A stretch of 46,206 nt of DNA from Lachnospiraceae bacterium (GCA_014804285.1 JAAVAA010000069.1:47276-93481); one strand, 5' to 3'. Counted from the first letter of the stretch, positions 17,655 to 27,124 are shown. The notes: generated from the letters alone by a model not told the origin. Program-made: numbers and translations.

Positions 17655-17828
17655 ATGAAGCGGTACAACATAGAAGATTATCCCATAGGGTCCAGAGTGC
17701 GACTTGACAGCGATTATCCGGACGAAGCAGAACGTGAAGTGGCAGGATATAAACAGATAGGAGGATTTGACTATCTGATATTCACAGATGGATATATGGC
17801 ATTTGTGGGGAGAGTGGAACAGTATTGA
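17655..17828 (+). CDS. Small hypothetical protein (57 aa)
   Basis: SD AGGAGG; MKRYNIEDYPIGSRVRL... Confidence 0.6.
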   Translation: MKRYNIEDYPIGSRVRLDSDYPDEAEREVAGYKQIGGFDYLIFTDGYMAFVGRVEQY

Positions 17829-17856
17829 GTAGAACTTTAGTGGAGGAAAAGGAATT

Positions 17857-18597
17857 ATGAATAAATCTAAAATTGACTGGTGTGACAGCACATGGAATCC
17901 TGTTACCGGCTGTCTGCATGGGTGCGAATATTGTTATGCAAGAAATATTGCGAAAAGGTTTGGGTGTCACGCAACACCAGATGATGAAATATCCGTAGTC
18001 ATTCACCCTTGGGAAGATTCTGAAACTGGAAGAAAGCTACCATATCCTTTTGATTTTATCCCAACATTTCATAGATACCACTTGAATGATTACATAAGCA
18101 AGAAAGGCAGAAATATATTTGTATGCTCTATGGCTGATTTGTTTGGAGATTGGGTATCGGATAGTTGGATTGAGGAAGTGTTTAAGGCTTGTGAGAAAGC
18201 ACCACAGCACAATTACCTATTTCTGACAAAGAATCCGAAACGGTATATTGAACTTGTGGAGTCCGGCAAATTACCACAAAAGGATAATATGTGGTACGGT
18301 TCAACAGTAACAGCTATGGAAGAATATTTTAGCAGCAAAAAGGCGTTTAATACATTTTTGAGTATAGAACCAATGCTTTCCTCTATTTCTCCATCAACAA
18401 TTAGCGGTGTAAAATGGATTATTTTTGGTGCAGAAACCGGACACAGAAAAGGCAAGATAATTCCTAAACGAGAGTGGATAGAGGACATTGTAAACGAATG
18501 CAGAAAAGCAAACATTCCAGTCTTTATGAAAGAAAGCCTTGCGGATATATGGGGTGAACCACTTATACGGGAATTTCCAAAAGGACTAAAACGTTAG
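17857..18597 (+). CDS. DUF5131 / phage Gp37-Gp68 radical-SAM-like protein
   Basis: SKIDWCDSTWNPVTGCLHGCEYCYA, FVCSMADLF, LTKNP, SIEP, WIIFGAETG. Confidence 0.88.
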   Translation: MNKSKIDWCDSTWNPVTGCLHGCEYCYARNIAKRFGCHATPDDEISVVIHPWEDSETGRKLPYPFDFIPTFHRYHLNDYISKKGRNIFVCSMADLFGDWVSDSWIEEVFKACEKAPQHNYLFLTKNPKRYIELVESGKLPQKDNMWYGSTVTAMEEYFSSKKAFNTFLSIEPMLSSISPSTISGVKWIIFGAETGHRKGKIIPKREWIEDIVNECRKANIPVFMKESLADIWGEPLIREFPKGLKR

Positions 18598-18609
18598 TGG
18601 AGGTAAGAT

Positions 18610-19041
18610 ATGGCAATTTTAAATTACACAACAACTGTTGATAGCTTCAAAACAGTGTCTGAAATTGAGTACATACTGATGAAGCACAAAGCAAAATCAA
18701 TTATGAAAAACTATGAGGGTGAATCTATAACCGGACTTTCGTTTTTGATTGATACTGGAATACAGCAGATTCCGGTTAAGCTCCCTGTAAAGGTAGATGA
18801 ATGTCTGAAAGTTCTGAAAAAGGAGAAAAAGGATAATCCCCGGAAACAGATTAAGGATACCAGAGATCAGGCGGAGCGTGTAGCGTGGAGGATCCTAAAA
18901 GATTGGGTTGAAGCCCAGATGGCGTTGTTGGATATCGAGATGGTTCGTTTTGAAGAAATATTCCTTCCGTACATAGAAACCGGAAACGGACAGACTGTGT
19001 ATGAGAGGCTTGAAGAGAAACAATTTTTACTGGAAGGTTAG
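18610..19041 (+). CDS. Conserved hypothetical phage protein
   Basis: MAILNYTT..QAERVAWRILKDWVEAQMA..FLPY; strong SD. Confidence 0.7.
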   Translation: MAILNYTTTVDSFKTVSEIEYILMKHKAKSIMKNYEGESITGLSFLIDTGIQQIPVKLPVKVDECLKVLKKEKKDNPRKQIKDTRDQAERVAWRILKDWVEAQMALLDIEMVRFEEIFLPYIETGNGQTVYERLEEKQFLLEG

Positions 19042-19063
19042 TGGATCTTTAGTGGAGGTAGGA

Positions 19064-19525
19064 ATGGAGAGATTAACAATAAATAATTTGGATAAGGTTT
19101 GCTATGACCCGTGGGAATTATGTGGAATGGATAGTTATTGCACAAAGGGGTGTCATGAAGAGGGAGGATGCACAAAAGGCTGTGACATTCTAAAAATGTA
19201 TCGTAGGCTTGCAGAATATGAGGACTTAGAGGAACAAGGAAAACTGCTGAAACTGCCTTGCAAGATAGGAGATACGATTTATGTTATACCCAGCAGGGCA
19301 AATTATGGGATTAACATCGTTAATAGACACAAGGAAAATAATAGAGTATATGAGCAGATAGTAGATCACATAAGGTTTTACAAAAGTGGATATTTGCTTT
19401 CTACATGTGAAGGATTTGCGTGCGTAATTGAAGAATCTTACAAAGAAACATGGTTTTTAACCAAAGAAGAAGCCGAAACTGCATTGAGAAAATTAAAAGA
19501 TGTATGGAAAGAATTGGAGGGCTAA
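19064..19525 (+). CDS. Hypothetical phage protein
   Basis: MERLT..LAEYEDLEEQGKLLKLPCKIGDT..FLTKEEAE pattern. Confidence 0.7.
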   Translation: MERLTINNLDKVCYDPWELCGMDSYCTKGCHEEGGCTKGCDILKMYRRLAEYEDLEEQGKLLKLPCKIGDTIYVIPSRANYGINIVNRHKENNRVYEQIVDHIRFYKSGYLLSTCEGFACVIEESYKETWFLTKEEAETALRKLKDVWKELEG

Positions 19526-19528
19526 GGA

Positions 19529-19933
19529 ATGAGTAATAGAGAGATTTTGTTTAGAGCGAAAAGAAAATCAGACGGAGAATGGATATTCGGAAACCTGTTA
19601 CGGACAGATGATGATGGTATCTGTATTATTCAAAACCATGTTCCGCATCATCTTTTGAAAAATTATGAAGTAGACTCCGAAACCATCTGCCAGTACACAG
19701 GCTTGACCGACAAGAATGGCAGGAAGATTTTTGAGGGGGATATTGTTCAGTATTCAAAAATTGGAGCAGTGGGCAAGGTTGTATGGTATGAGGGCGATTA
19801 TATAGGCTTTGCAGTAGACGATATAGACGATAGTTTTCAGCAATACGATAAGGAATTATTTGATAAACATGAAGTTATCGGCAACATTTTCGATAATCCT
19901 GAATTATTGGAGGTGGAAAATGAGACTGATTGA
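19529..19933 (+). CDS. YopX family protein
   Basis: REILFRAK..QYTGLTDKNGRKIFEGDIV..EVIGNIFDNPELLE. Confidence 0.9.
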   Translation: MSNREILFRAKRKSDGEWIFGNLLRTDDDGICIIQNHVPHHLLKNYEVDSETICQYTGLTDKNGRKIFEGDIVQYSKIGAVGKVVWYEGDYIGFAVDDIDDSFQQYDKELFDKHEVIGNIFDNPELLEVENETD

Positions 19934-20177
19934 TGCAGATAAAATAGATTTTGGAAAAATCTTTGTAGGGAATGCTGATTTAGCTAAAGCTATTAGAGAT
20001 ACGGCTCAGGAATATATTGATGCACAGCCTACCGCCTATGACGTGGATAAGGTTAGAGCACAGTTGAAAGAAAGGTTGTGCAGCGCAGAAGATGAAGCAT
20101 CAGATATAGAGTGCCATGCAAGGAACCGGCATTTCAGAGATGCAATTGGAGTCGTAAGAGCAGGGATAAAAGTATAG
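19920..20177 (+). CDS. Hypothetical phage protein
   Basis: MRLIDAD..QPTAYDVDKV; SD GGAGG. Confidence 0.7.
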   Translation: MRLIDADKIDFGKIFVGNADLAKAIRDTAQEYIDAQPTAYDVDKVRAQLKERLCSAEDEASDIECHARNRHFRDAIGVVRAGIKV

Positions 20178-20221
20178 GTATGTAAAACTGGTCTTTAGCG
20201 AAGGAATAGGGGAGGAAATAG

Positions 20222-20641
20222 ATGAAACAGGATCAGACAGAGATTGAACTGAAAAAAGAATACCTCAGGGGCTATGAGAAAGCAAAGCGCCAGATGGAAC
20301 GTAGCGAACTCAAAATAAGAGAAATGCGTTTGAACAGAATATGCCCTCCTGTAATAAATGACGGTATGCCCCACGCTTCAAGTCAAAATGATTTATCCAG
20401 TTATGCTGCACTGTTGGATCAGGAAGAAAAGCGGTATATGCGGTACAGGTACCAGCGGATCCAGAAGTGCAAGGAGATTACCGACCGGATAGAACAGCTT
20501 TCTGATGAAGATGAAAAAGATGTTCTGATGTACCGGTACATAAAGCTGATGAAGTGGGAAGATATTTGTGTGAAAATAGGGCATAGCTGGCAACATACTC
20601 ATAGAATTCATGCAAAAGCACTAAAAAATTTTAAAATGTGA
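20222..20641 (+). CDS. ArpU/RinA-like late transcriptional activator
   Basis: KKEYL..Y; VLMYRYI..WEDI..HRIHAKAL C-terminal HTH; last early gene. Confidence 0.8.
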   Translation: MKQDQTEIELKKEYLRGYEKAKRQMERSELKIREMRLNRICPPVINDGMPHASSQNDLSSYAALLDQEEKRYMRYRYQRIQKCKEITDRIEQLSDEDEKDVLMYRYIKLMKWEDICVKIGHSWQHTHRIHAKALKNFKM

Positions 20642-20824
20642 TTAAATGTTACTATCTGAGTATGCTATAGTGGAAGCTGAAAAGAAGAAATACTTCTCCC
20701 CAATACATTTTTTAAAATACCTGACTGGTGAACAGTCGGGTATTTTTATATTACTTATAGGTAAATGGTAAATTGTCGAATTTTAGTGTATTATATAGAA
20801 AAATGTATTGGAGGGGGTTAATTT
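20636..20824 (+). promoter_or_regulatory. Late promoter, terminator-like hairpin and moron leader
   Basis: TG-C-TATAGT extended -10; hairpin 20714-20746; homologous to about 43790-43945. Confidence 0.6.
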
Positions 20825-21436
20825 ATGAATATGGATGTTCTTATTTTTTTGTACAGTCTTTTAGTTTTCGGTATGATTATTGCGGAAATAGTTCTATTGC
20901 AAAATAATAAAGGGAGATATTTAGTAACGTCATATAAAGCAATAGAAAAAATATGTTATGACATTGTTGATGAAGATGATGGTACGTATAGTGTCGATGA
21001 ATTAATAGTATCTATCAATAGATTTTACGAAGAATATGTTCAAGAAGATTCAAAAGTAAAAAAGTATTTTCCCAATGTAGTAATATGGTTAGATGCAATT
21101 ATATTTAGAGTTGATTGTGGGTATAGCAGGGCACGAATTTTAAGTAGCTGTATATTAGGCCTTAAGGAGGCGAGAGATGAATTAGAACGTGAAAATCCAT
21201 TTAACAAATGTGAAAAATATCAGCAAGATATTCTGAATGATATCAACAAATTAAAGACGGATCAAAATAGCATAATTATATCAAATATTGTAAAAAGAAC
21301 AGAGGATGAGTTTATAAGGATGTCAAGAGACATAAATAAAAATGATAGAGCAAATAAAATATCAATGGTTATTGGTATAATTGGAATTATTGTATCTATA
21401 GGTATGGCGTTTGTGAAATTTAGTACAACAAGTTAG
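20825..21436 (+). CDS. AT-rich moron membrane protein (N- and C-terminal TM)
   Basis: AT-rich, own leader, between late activator and terS. Confidence 0.7.
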   Translation: MNMDVLIFLYSLLVFGMIIAEIVLLQNNKGRYLVTSYKAIEKICYDIVDEDDGTYSVDELIVSINRFYEEYVQEDSKVKKYFPNVVIWLDAIIFRVDCGYSRARILSSCILGLKEARDELERENPFNKCEKYQQDILNDINKLKTDQNSIIISNIVKRTEDEFIRMSRDINKNDRANKISMVIGIIGIIVSIGMAFVKFSTTS

Positions 21437-21507
21437 ACAGTGACAATGGTTACAGATTGATTATTTAAATGTTTTTTCTCAAAACAAACGAATGAGAGGT
21501 GGTGATC

Positions 21508-22404
21508 GTGCCAAGGAAGCCAGATAAGCGAATAGAGCAAGCACAGGCGTTGTACCTGAAAGGCTTGAAATTAGTGGATATTTCCAAGCAGCTTGATCTG
21601 CCTGAGGGGACGATTCGAAGCTGGAAGAATAGATATAGATGGGATAATGGTTCTAATGCAACGTTGCAAAAAAATGATTGCAACGTTGCGAAAGAAAAGC
21701 ATATAAAAAAAGATAAAGTAAAAGCCATTGCAGATGAAGTTAATCAGGTAATAGAAAATACTGATTTAACCGATAAGCAAAGGCTTTTTTGCTGTTTGTA
21801 TATTAAGTGTTTCAATGCTACCAAAGCATATCAGAAAGCATATGGAGTAGACTATATTACAGCCTGTGGAAATGCTTCAAAATTATTGAAAAGTATTGAA
21901 ATAAAAAATGAAATCCAACGCCTAAAACAGAACCGCCTTAACAGAGAAATGTTATCTGAAGAGGATATATTTCAGAAGTACATGGATATAGCCTTTGCAG
22001 ATATCACTGATTACGTAGAATTTGGACGTGAGACAGTTCCAGTCATGGGACCATTTGGCCCCGTTATAGTGAAAGATGAAGAAACCGGTGCCAAAGTAGA
22101 GGTAAAAAAAGAAATAAATGTGGTTCGGTTCAAGGAAAGTATTGAAGTTGATGGAACGCTGATCACGGAAGTCAAGCAGGGAAAAGATGGAGCGAGTATA
22201 AAGCTTGCCGACCGCATGAAAGCATTGCAGTGGATTTCAGATCATATGGATTTGGCTACGGCGGAGCAGAAAGCAAGAATTGCAGTTCTTCAATCACAGG
22301 TAGTACAGAAAGATGAAACCAAAGAGCAGGTGCAAGATTGGAAAACAGCGATCATTGAGATAGCAAAGCGAAGGAGTGAAAAGGCAGATGGAAGAACTGA
22401 TTGA
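21508..22404 (+). CDS. terS: Terminase small subunit
   Basis: N-terminal HTH (GTIRSWKNRYRW), LTDKQRLFC..NATKAY, KLADRMKAL. Confidence 0.88.
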   Translation: MPRKPDKRIEQAQALYLKGLKLVDISKQLDLPEGTIRSWKNRYRWDNGSNATLQKNDCNVAKEKHIKKDKVKAIADEVNQVIENTDLTDKQRLFCCLYIKCFNATKAYQKAYGVDYITACGNASKLLKSIEIKNEIQRLKQNRLNREMLSEEDIFQKYMDIAFADITDYVEFGRETVPVMGPFGPVIVKDEETGAKVEVKKEINVVRFKESIEVDGTLITEVKQGKDGASIKLADRMKALQWISDHMDLATAEQKARIAVLQSQVVQKDETKEQVQDWKTAIIEIAKRRSEKADGRTD

Positions 22405-23779
22405 CGCTTTGGAAGTCTATTATGATGATCCGGTTGCTTTTCTGGAAGATATGCTTGATATGAATTGTGATGATTGGCAGGGAGAGGTTGCTTCTGATGT
22501 AGCAGAATATGCCAAAGTAGCAGTTAAGTCCGGTCAGGGTGTAGGTAAGACAGCTCTGGAAGCCGGGCTTATTATTTGGTTTCTTGTGTGCCGCCCATAT
22601 TCCAAGGTGATAGCTACGGCACCCACCATGCAGCAACTTTATGACGTTCTTTGGGCTGAAATTGCAAAGTGGCTTGGTTCTTCCAAGGTGAAGAACCTGC
22701 TCACATGGACCAAAACGAAGGTTTACATGGTAGGGGATTCTGAACGGTGGTTTGCTACTGCCAAGACAGCAACAAAGCCTGAAAACATGCAGGGATTTCA
22801 TGAAGATCACATGCTGATTGTAGTAGACGAAGCATCGGGCGTTGCGGATCCGATCATGGAAGCAATACTCGGAACACTGACGGGATTTGACAATAAGCTC
22901 CTTCTGATGGGAAACCCAAACCGAATTGAAGGAGTATTTTTTGACGCATTTAATAAAGACAGGGATAAGTTCAGAACCCACACAGTAAGCAGCCGGAATA
23001 GTAAGCGAACGTCCAGAGATAACATTGCCATGCTGGAATCTAAGTATGGGAAAGATTCAGATGTTGTCCGGGTGCGTATTGACGGCCAGTTCCCTAAAGG
23101 AGCGCTTGACTCTTTTATATCATTGGAAACAGTTGAGCTTGCCTGCTCCAAGGAAAACCGGATCAGACAACAGGATATTGATACGGCACAAATCCTTCAT
23201 ATTGGTGTTGATGTGGCAAGGTTTGGTGATGATAAGACGGTAATAACTCCAAGGATCAGTGCAAAGGTGTTTGAATTCAGGAAATACACAAAGAAAAGTA
23301 CAATGGAAACAGCCGGCAATGTGATCAAATGCTGCAGGGATTATATGAGGCAGTTTCCGCATATAAAGAAATGCCTCATAAAAGTAGATGATTCCGGTGT
23401 TGGCGGCGGTGTGACAGATCGCTTGAATGAAGTAATCCGGGAAGAAAAGCTTCCTTACACGGTAATTCCGGTAAATAATGGGGATTCAGCTACGGACGGG
23501 TTTTTTTTTAATCTGGGAGCGCAGATCTGGGGAAATATAAAGGAATTGCTTGAAAACAATTTCTCCAATAATTTGCAAGGAAAGCAGGACGTTCAGATAG
23601 AGCTTCCGCATGATGAAGAAATGATAAAGCAACTAAGTGTCAGAAAGTATCATATGACTTCCAAAGGCAAAATACAGCTTGAATCAAAAGAGGATATGAA
23701 AAAGCGGGGGCTGGGTTCACCGGATACCGCCGATGCTCTTTCTCTTGCATTGTATGAGCCCGACACATGGTTGTATTAG
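22388..23779 (+). CDS. terL: Terminase large subunit
   Basis: SGQGVGKT, VVDEASG, GNP, GVDVARFGDD, SPDTADAL. Confidence 0.93.
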   Translation: MEELIDALEVYYDDPVAFLEDMLDMNCDDWQGEVASDVAEYAKVAVKSGQGVGKTALEAGLIIWFLVCRPYSKVIATAPTMQQLYDVLWAEIAKWLGSSKVKNLLTWTKTKVYMVGDSERWFATAKTATKPENMQGFHEDHMLIVVDEASGVADPIMEAILGTLTGFDNKLLLMGNPNRIEGVFFDAFNKDRDKFRTHTVSSRNSKRTSRDNIAMLESKYGKDSDVVRVRIDGQFPKGALDSFISLETVELACSKENRIRQQDIDTAQILHIGVDVARFGDDKTVITPRISAKVFEFRKYTKKSTMETAGNVIKCCRDYMRQFPHIKKCLIKVDDSGVGGGVTDRLNEVIREEKLPYTVIPVNNGDSATDGFFFNLGAQIWGNIKELLENNFSNNLQGKQDVQIELPHDEEMIKQLSVRKYHMTSKGKIQLESKEDMKKRGLGSPDTADALSLALYEPDTWLY

Positions 23780-23791
23780 AGAGGATCAGAT

Positions 23792-25240
23792 ATGTTAAAA
23801 CCAAGTGAGATCAAACATTTCATTGAAGAGGATAGAACCTCACATAAAAAGAGAATGGCAGAGCAGGGATTGAAGTACTATGAGGGTGAACATAAGATCA
23901 TGGGATCCCGTATCTTTTATGTTGATGCCGATGGAAATGTAAAAGAGGATACGCTCCGGAGCAATGTGAAAATATCGCACCCATTTTTTACGGAGCTTGT
24001 AGATCAGGAAGTCCAGTACATGATTTCCGGTGATGAAAACTTTATTAAATCCGATAATCCGGAATTGCAGAAACAGTTGGAATTGTATTTCAATGACAGC
24101 TTTTGGTCAGAAGTGTATGAGATGCTTACAGGGTGCATTTCCAAGGGATTTGATTACATGTATGCCTACAAATCGAACAATGGCAGAATTGGTTTTCAAC
24201 ATGCAGATTCCATAGGAGTTATTGAAGTCCAGGCAAAATATGCAGATGATAGCGAAGATCATGTGATCTACTGGTACATTGACCGTATTGAAAAAGGGAA
24301 TAAGACGATCAAAAGGATCCAGGTATGGGATAAAAAGGAGACTTATTATTATAAGCAGGTCGATGATGGGGAGATTGTTGACGATGATCAGGAATTATTA
24401 AATCCAAGGCCTCATATAGTGACTGAAAATGAGAAGGGGGAACGGTTTGGTTCCTCCTTTGACTTTATTCCGTTTTTCCGGCTGGATAATGGATCGAAAC
24501 AGTTTAGCGGGTTGAAACCGATCAAAGATTTGATTGACGATTATGATTTGATGGCCTGTAGTCTGTCCAACAATTTGCAGGATTTTACCGATGCAATCTA
24601 TGTGGTATCCGGTTTTCAGGGATCCAATCTTGATGAGATGATCCAGAACATCAAAGCAAAAAAGCATCTTGGCGTTGCTCCTGATGGCGGACTGGATATT
24701 AAGACCGTGGATATTCCATATGAAGCCCGGAAGGTGAAGCTGGAACTTGACGAAAAGAACATATACCGGTTTGGCATGGGCTTTAATTCCGCACAGCTTG
24801 GTGATGGCAACATTACCAATGTTGTGATCAAGAGCCGGTATGCACTGCTTGACCTGAAATGCAACAAGCTTGAAATAAGGCTGAAGGAGTTTCTGCGTAA
24901 GATCATCAAGGTAGTATTAGACGAAATCAATGCCGATAAGAAAACGGATTATAAGGTTGAGGACATTTATTTTGTCTTTCCCCGGGAAGTTATCACAAAT
25001 GCGCAGGATAACGCACAGATTGAGCTATTGGTTGCGCAGAAACAAGGACAACAGCTTAACAATATTCTATCAGTTGCTAATACGCTGGACGATGAGACTG
25101 TTATTCAGGCTGTCTGCTCCATTTTGGATATTGATTATGAGGAAATCAAGGATAAGCTGGCAGTAGGGGAAGGTGATACCGAGTCAGTTCAAAAGACACT
25201 GGAAGGAATAGTCCCTGATGATGAAGGCGGTGCAGGATAA
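23792..25240 (+). CDS. SPP1-type portal protein
   Basis: YYEGEH, KDLIDDYD, YALLDLKC; follows terL. Confidence 0.88.
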   Translation: MLKPSEIKHFIEEDRTSHKKRMAEQGLKYYEGEHKIMGSRIFYVDADGNVKEDTLRSNVKISHPFFTELVDQEVQYMISGDENFIKSDNPELQKQLELYFNDSFWSEVYEMLTGCISKGFDYMYAYKSNNGRIGFQHADSIGVIEVQAKYADDSEDHVIYWYIDRIEKGNKTIKRIQVWDKKETYYYKQVDDGEIVDDDQELLNPRPHIVTENEKGERFGSSFDFIPFFRLDNGSKQFSGLKPIKDLIDDYDLMACSLSNNLQDFTDAIYVVSGFQGSNLDEMIQNIKAKKHLGVAPDGGLDIKTVDIPYEARKVKLELDEKNIYRFGMGFNSAQLGDGNITNVVIKSRYALLDLKCNKLEIRLKEFLRKIIKVVLDEINADKKTDYKVEDIYFVFPREVITNAQDNAQIELLVAQKQGQQLNNILSVANTLDDETVIQAVCSILDIDYEEIKDKLAVGEGDTESVQKTLEGIVPDDEGGAG

Positions 25241-26949
25241 TGAATAAAAGGCAGCTTGAAGTTCAGAAAGCGCTTGCCGACAATGAAGCAGAGGTTATCA
25301 AACAGTTAAAGCAGATATATGCCAGAGCTTCAAAGGATTGTGAAAATAAAATCCGTGATCTTTCTGCAAGGACGGACATGGAAAATCTGAAATCCATTGT
25401 CTGGCAAAAGCAGTACCAGGAAGCGCTTAAGAAGCAGATTGATGGGGTGCTGGATAAACTGAATGCGGAATCATTTACCACGATAGCTGATTATCTGACA
25501 GATTGTTATGAAAATGGATTTTTAGGGACCTTATATGATCTCCAGGGGCAGGGCATTCCGTTGAGTCTTCCGATTAATCAGGAAGAGGTTGTGCAGGCTA
25601 TACAAATTGACTCAAAGATTTCCAAAGGCTTATATCAGCGCATGGGCGAAGATACGAATCAGCTTAAGAAATCCATCAGATCAGAGGTTTCCAGAGGGGT
25701 GAGCAATGGCTCTTCATGGAATACTATAGCAAGTAAGATTGCTTTTGGCATGAACAGCCCATTCATGAAAGCATATAACCGTGCTATCGGGATCACAAGG
25801 ACAGAGGGGCACAGGGTACAGCAGGAATCAACATTGCATTGTCAACAGCGTGCAAAAGAGAAAGGCGCCGATATTGCAAAGCAGTGGGACTCAACGCTTG
25901 ACAGCGTGACAAGACCGACTCACCGGGAACTGGACGGACAGATCAGGGAAATTGATGAGCCGTTTGAGGTAGAAGGAAAGAAAGCTATGTATCCCGGAGC
26001 ATTTGGAGATCCTTCCGAAGACTGTAATTGCCGTTGCTGTCTTTTACAGCGTGCAAAATGGGCTTTGTCTGATGAAGAATATTATACAAAGTTTAATGGT
26101 GACAAAAATGAGCTTGTAAGGATAGAAGCAAAGACTTATAATGAATTTAAAGAGATGGTAGCAGAAGTGACTGCTTCACAAAAAAGTCAATTTTTGTTTA
26201 AAGAAACGGCAACAATAAAGGAAGCAGAAGCGTATGCAAGGGATGTGGTAGGTGTTCCAAATGTTTCTTTCAAGGGGGTTGATATAAAAGTTGCTAATTC
26301 TATGAATGAAGCATTGACAAATGCAGTAAATTATTGCCCTGACTTATTGAAGCGAATGAACTTCTATGGTGCTGCACAGGAAAGAAATAAAAAGATAAAA
26401 AAAGAATTAGAAGCATATTATACAAATTATTTTGCAAGTAAGGGTTATACTGATGCTGCAAAATATGGGAAAAGATATGCTTCAAGATTTGTCGGTAGGA
26501 TATCATCAAATACTTATGCGCTGGCGTATTCTGGAGAAGTGTACGGTTCAGGTGTAACAGATGAATTAAGAGCTATTGTTCAAAAATGGTCAGGTATTGG
26601 TGTAAACGTTGGTATTGGAAATGATTATGAAGATATGTTAAAATCCGTACAATGGGATATGTCAATTGGATATCATCCGCAGGGGTGTGATTCTGTACGT
26701 TCAATCTTTGACCATGAATTTGGGCATCAGTTGGATTTTGCTTTTGGGTTAAGGTCTAATGAAGAAATCAAGAATTTGTGGTCTGGCTTTGGTGGAAAAA
26801 CAGAGAGGTCATTAGCAGTTTCAAGCTACGGTGCAGAGAATATTAAGGAATTCATTGCAGAAGCATATGCTGAATACGTCAATAGTGAAAAACCAAGACA
26901 AACGGCTTTGACCATCGGAAGTATTATTGAAGGGAAGGTGAATCAGTAA
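25240..26949 (+). CDS. MuF/SPP1 gp7 minor head protein with C-terminal zincin metallopeptidase extension
   Basis: RTE, WDSTLD..TRPTH..LDGQ, NCRC MuF motifs; C-terminal DHEFGH..EFIAEAY. Confidence 0.85.
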   Translation: MNKRQLEVQKALADNEAEVIKQLKQIYARASKDCENKIRDLSARTDMENLKSIVWQKQYQEALKKQIDGVLDKLNAESFTTIADYLTDCYENGFLGTLYDLQGQGIPLSLPINQEEVVQAIQIDSKISKGLYQRMGEDTNQLKKSIRSEVSRGVSNGSSWNTIASKIAFGMNSPFMKAYNRAIGITRTEGHRVQQESTLHCQQRAKEKGADIAKQWDSTLDSVTRPTHRELDGQIREIDEPFEVEGKKAMYPGAFGDPSEDCNCRCCLLQRAKWALSDEEYYTKFNGDKNELVRIEAKTYNEFKEMVAEVTASQKSQFLFKETATIKEAEAYARDVVGVPNVSFKGVDIKVANSMNEALTNAVNYCPDLLKRMNFYGAAQERNKKIKKELEAYYTNYFASKGYTDAAKYGKRYASRFVGRISSNTYALAYSGEVYGSGVTDELRAIVQKWSGIGVNVGIGNDYEDMLKSVQWDMSIGYHPQGCDSVRSIFDHEFGHQLDFAFGLRSNEEIKNLWSGFGGKTERSLAVSSYGAENIKEFIAEAYAEYVNSEKPRQTALTIGSIIEGKVNQ

Positions 26950-27086
26950 TGAATAAAGAAAAATTTGTTCAAATGGCAAAACAATCCGGCTATTCAGATG
27001 ATGAAATTCAAGATCTGCTGGAATTTCAGGAGGATTCGGGAATTGTCTTCGATGATTTGCCGTTAATGGATAAAATTGAAGATTAA
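26949..27086 (+). CDS. Small acidic protein (45 aa), candidate immunity for the MuF toxin domain
   Basis: TAATG overlap with muF; MNKEKFVQMAKQSGYSDDEIQDLL...; terminator follows. Confidence 0.55.
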   Translation: MNKEKFVQMAKQSGYSDDEIQDLLEFQEDSGIVFDDLPLMDKIED

Positions 27087-27097
27087 CATTCAAAAAT

Positions 27098-27124
27098 AAG
27101 CATCCGTATAGGGTGCTTTTTTTA
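27098..27124 (+). terminator. Intrinsic terminator
   Basis: AAGCATCC-GTATA-GGGTGCTT plus T-run. Confidence 0.7.
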
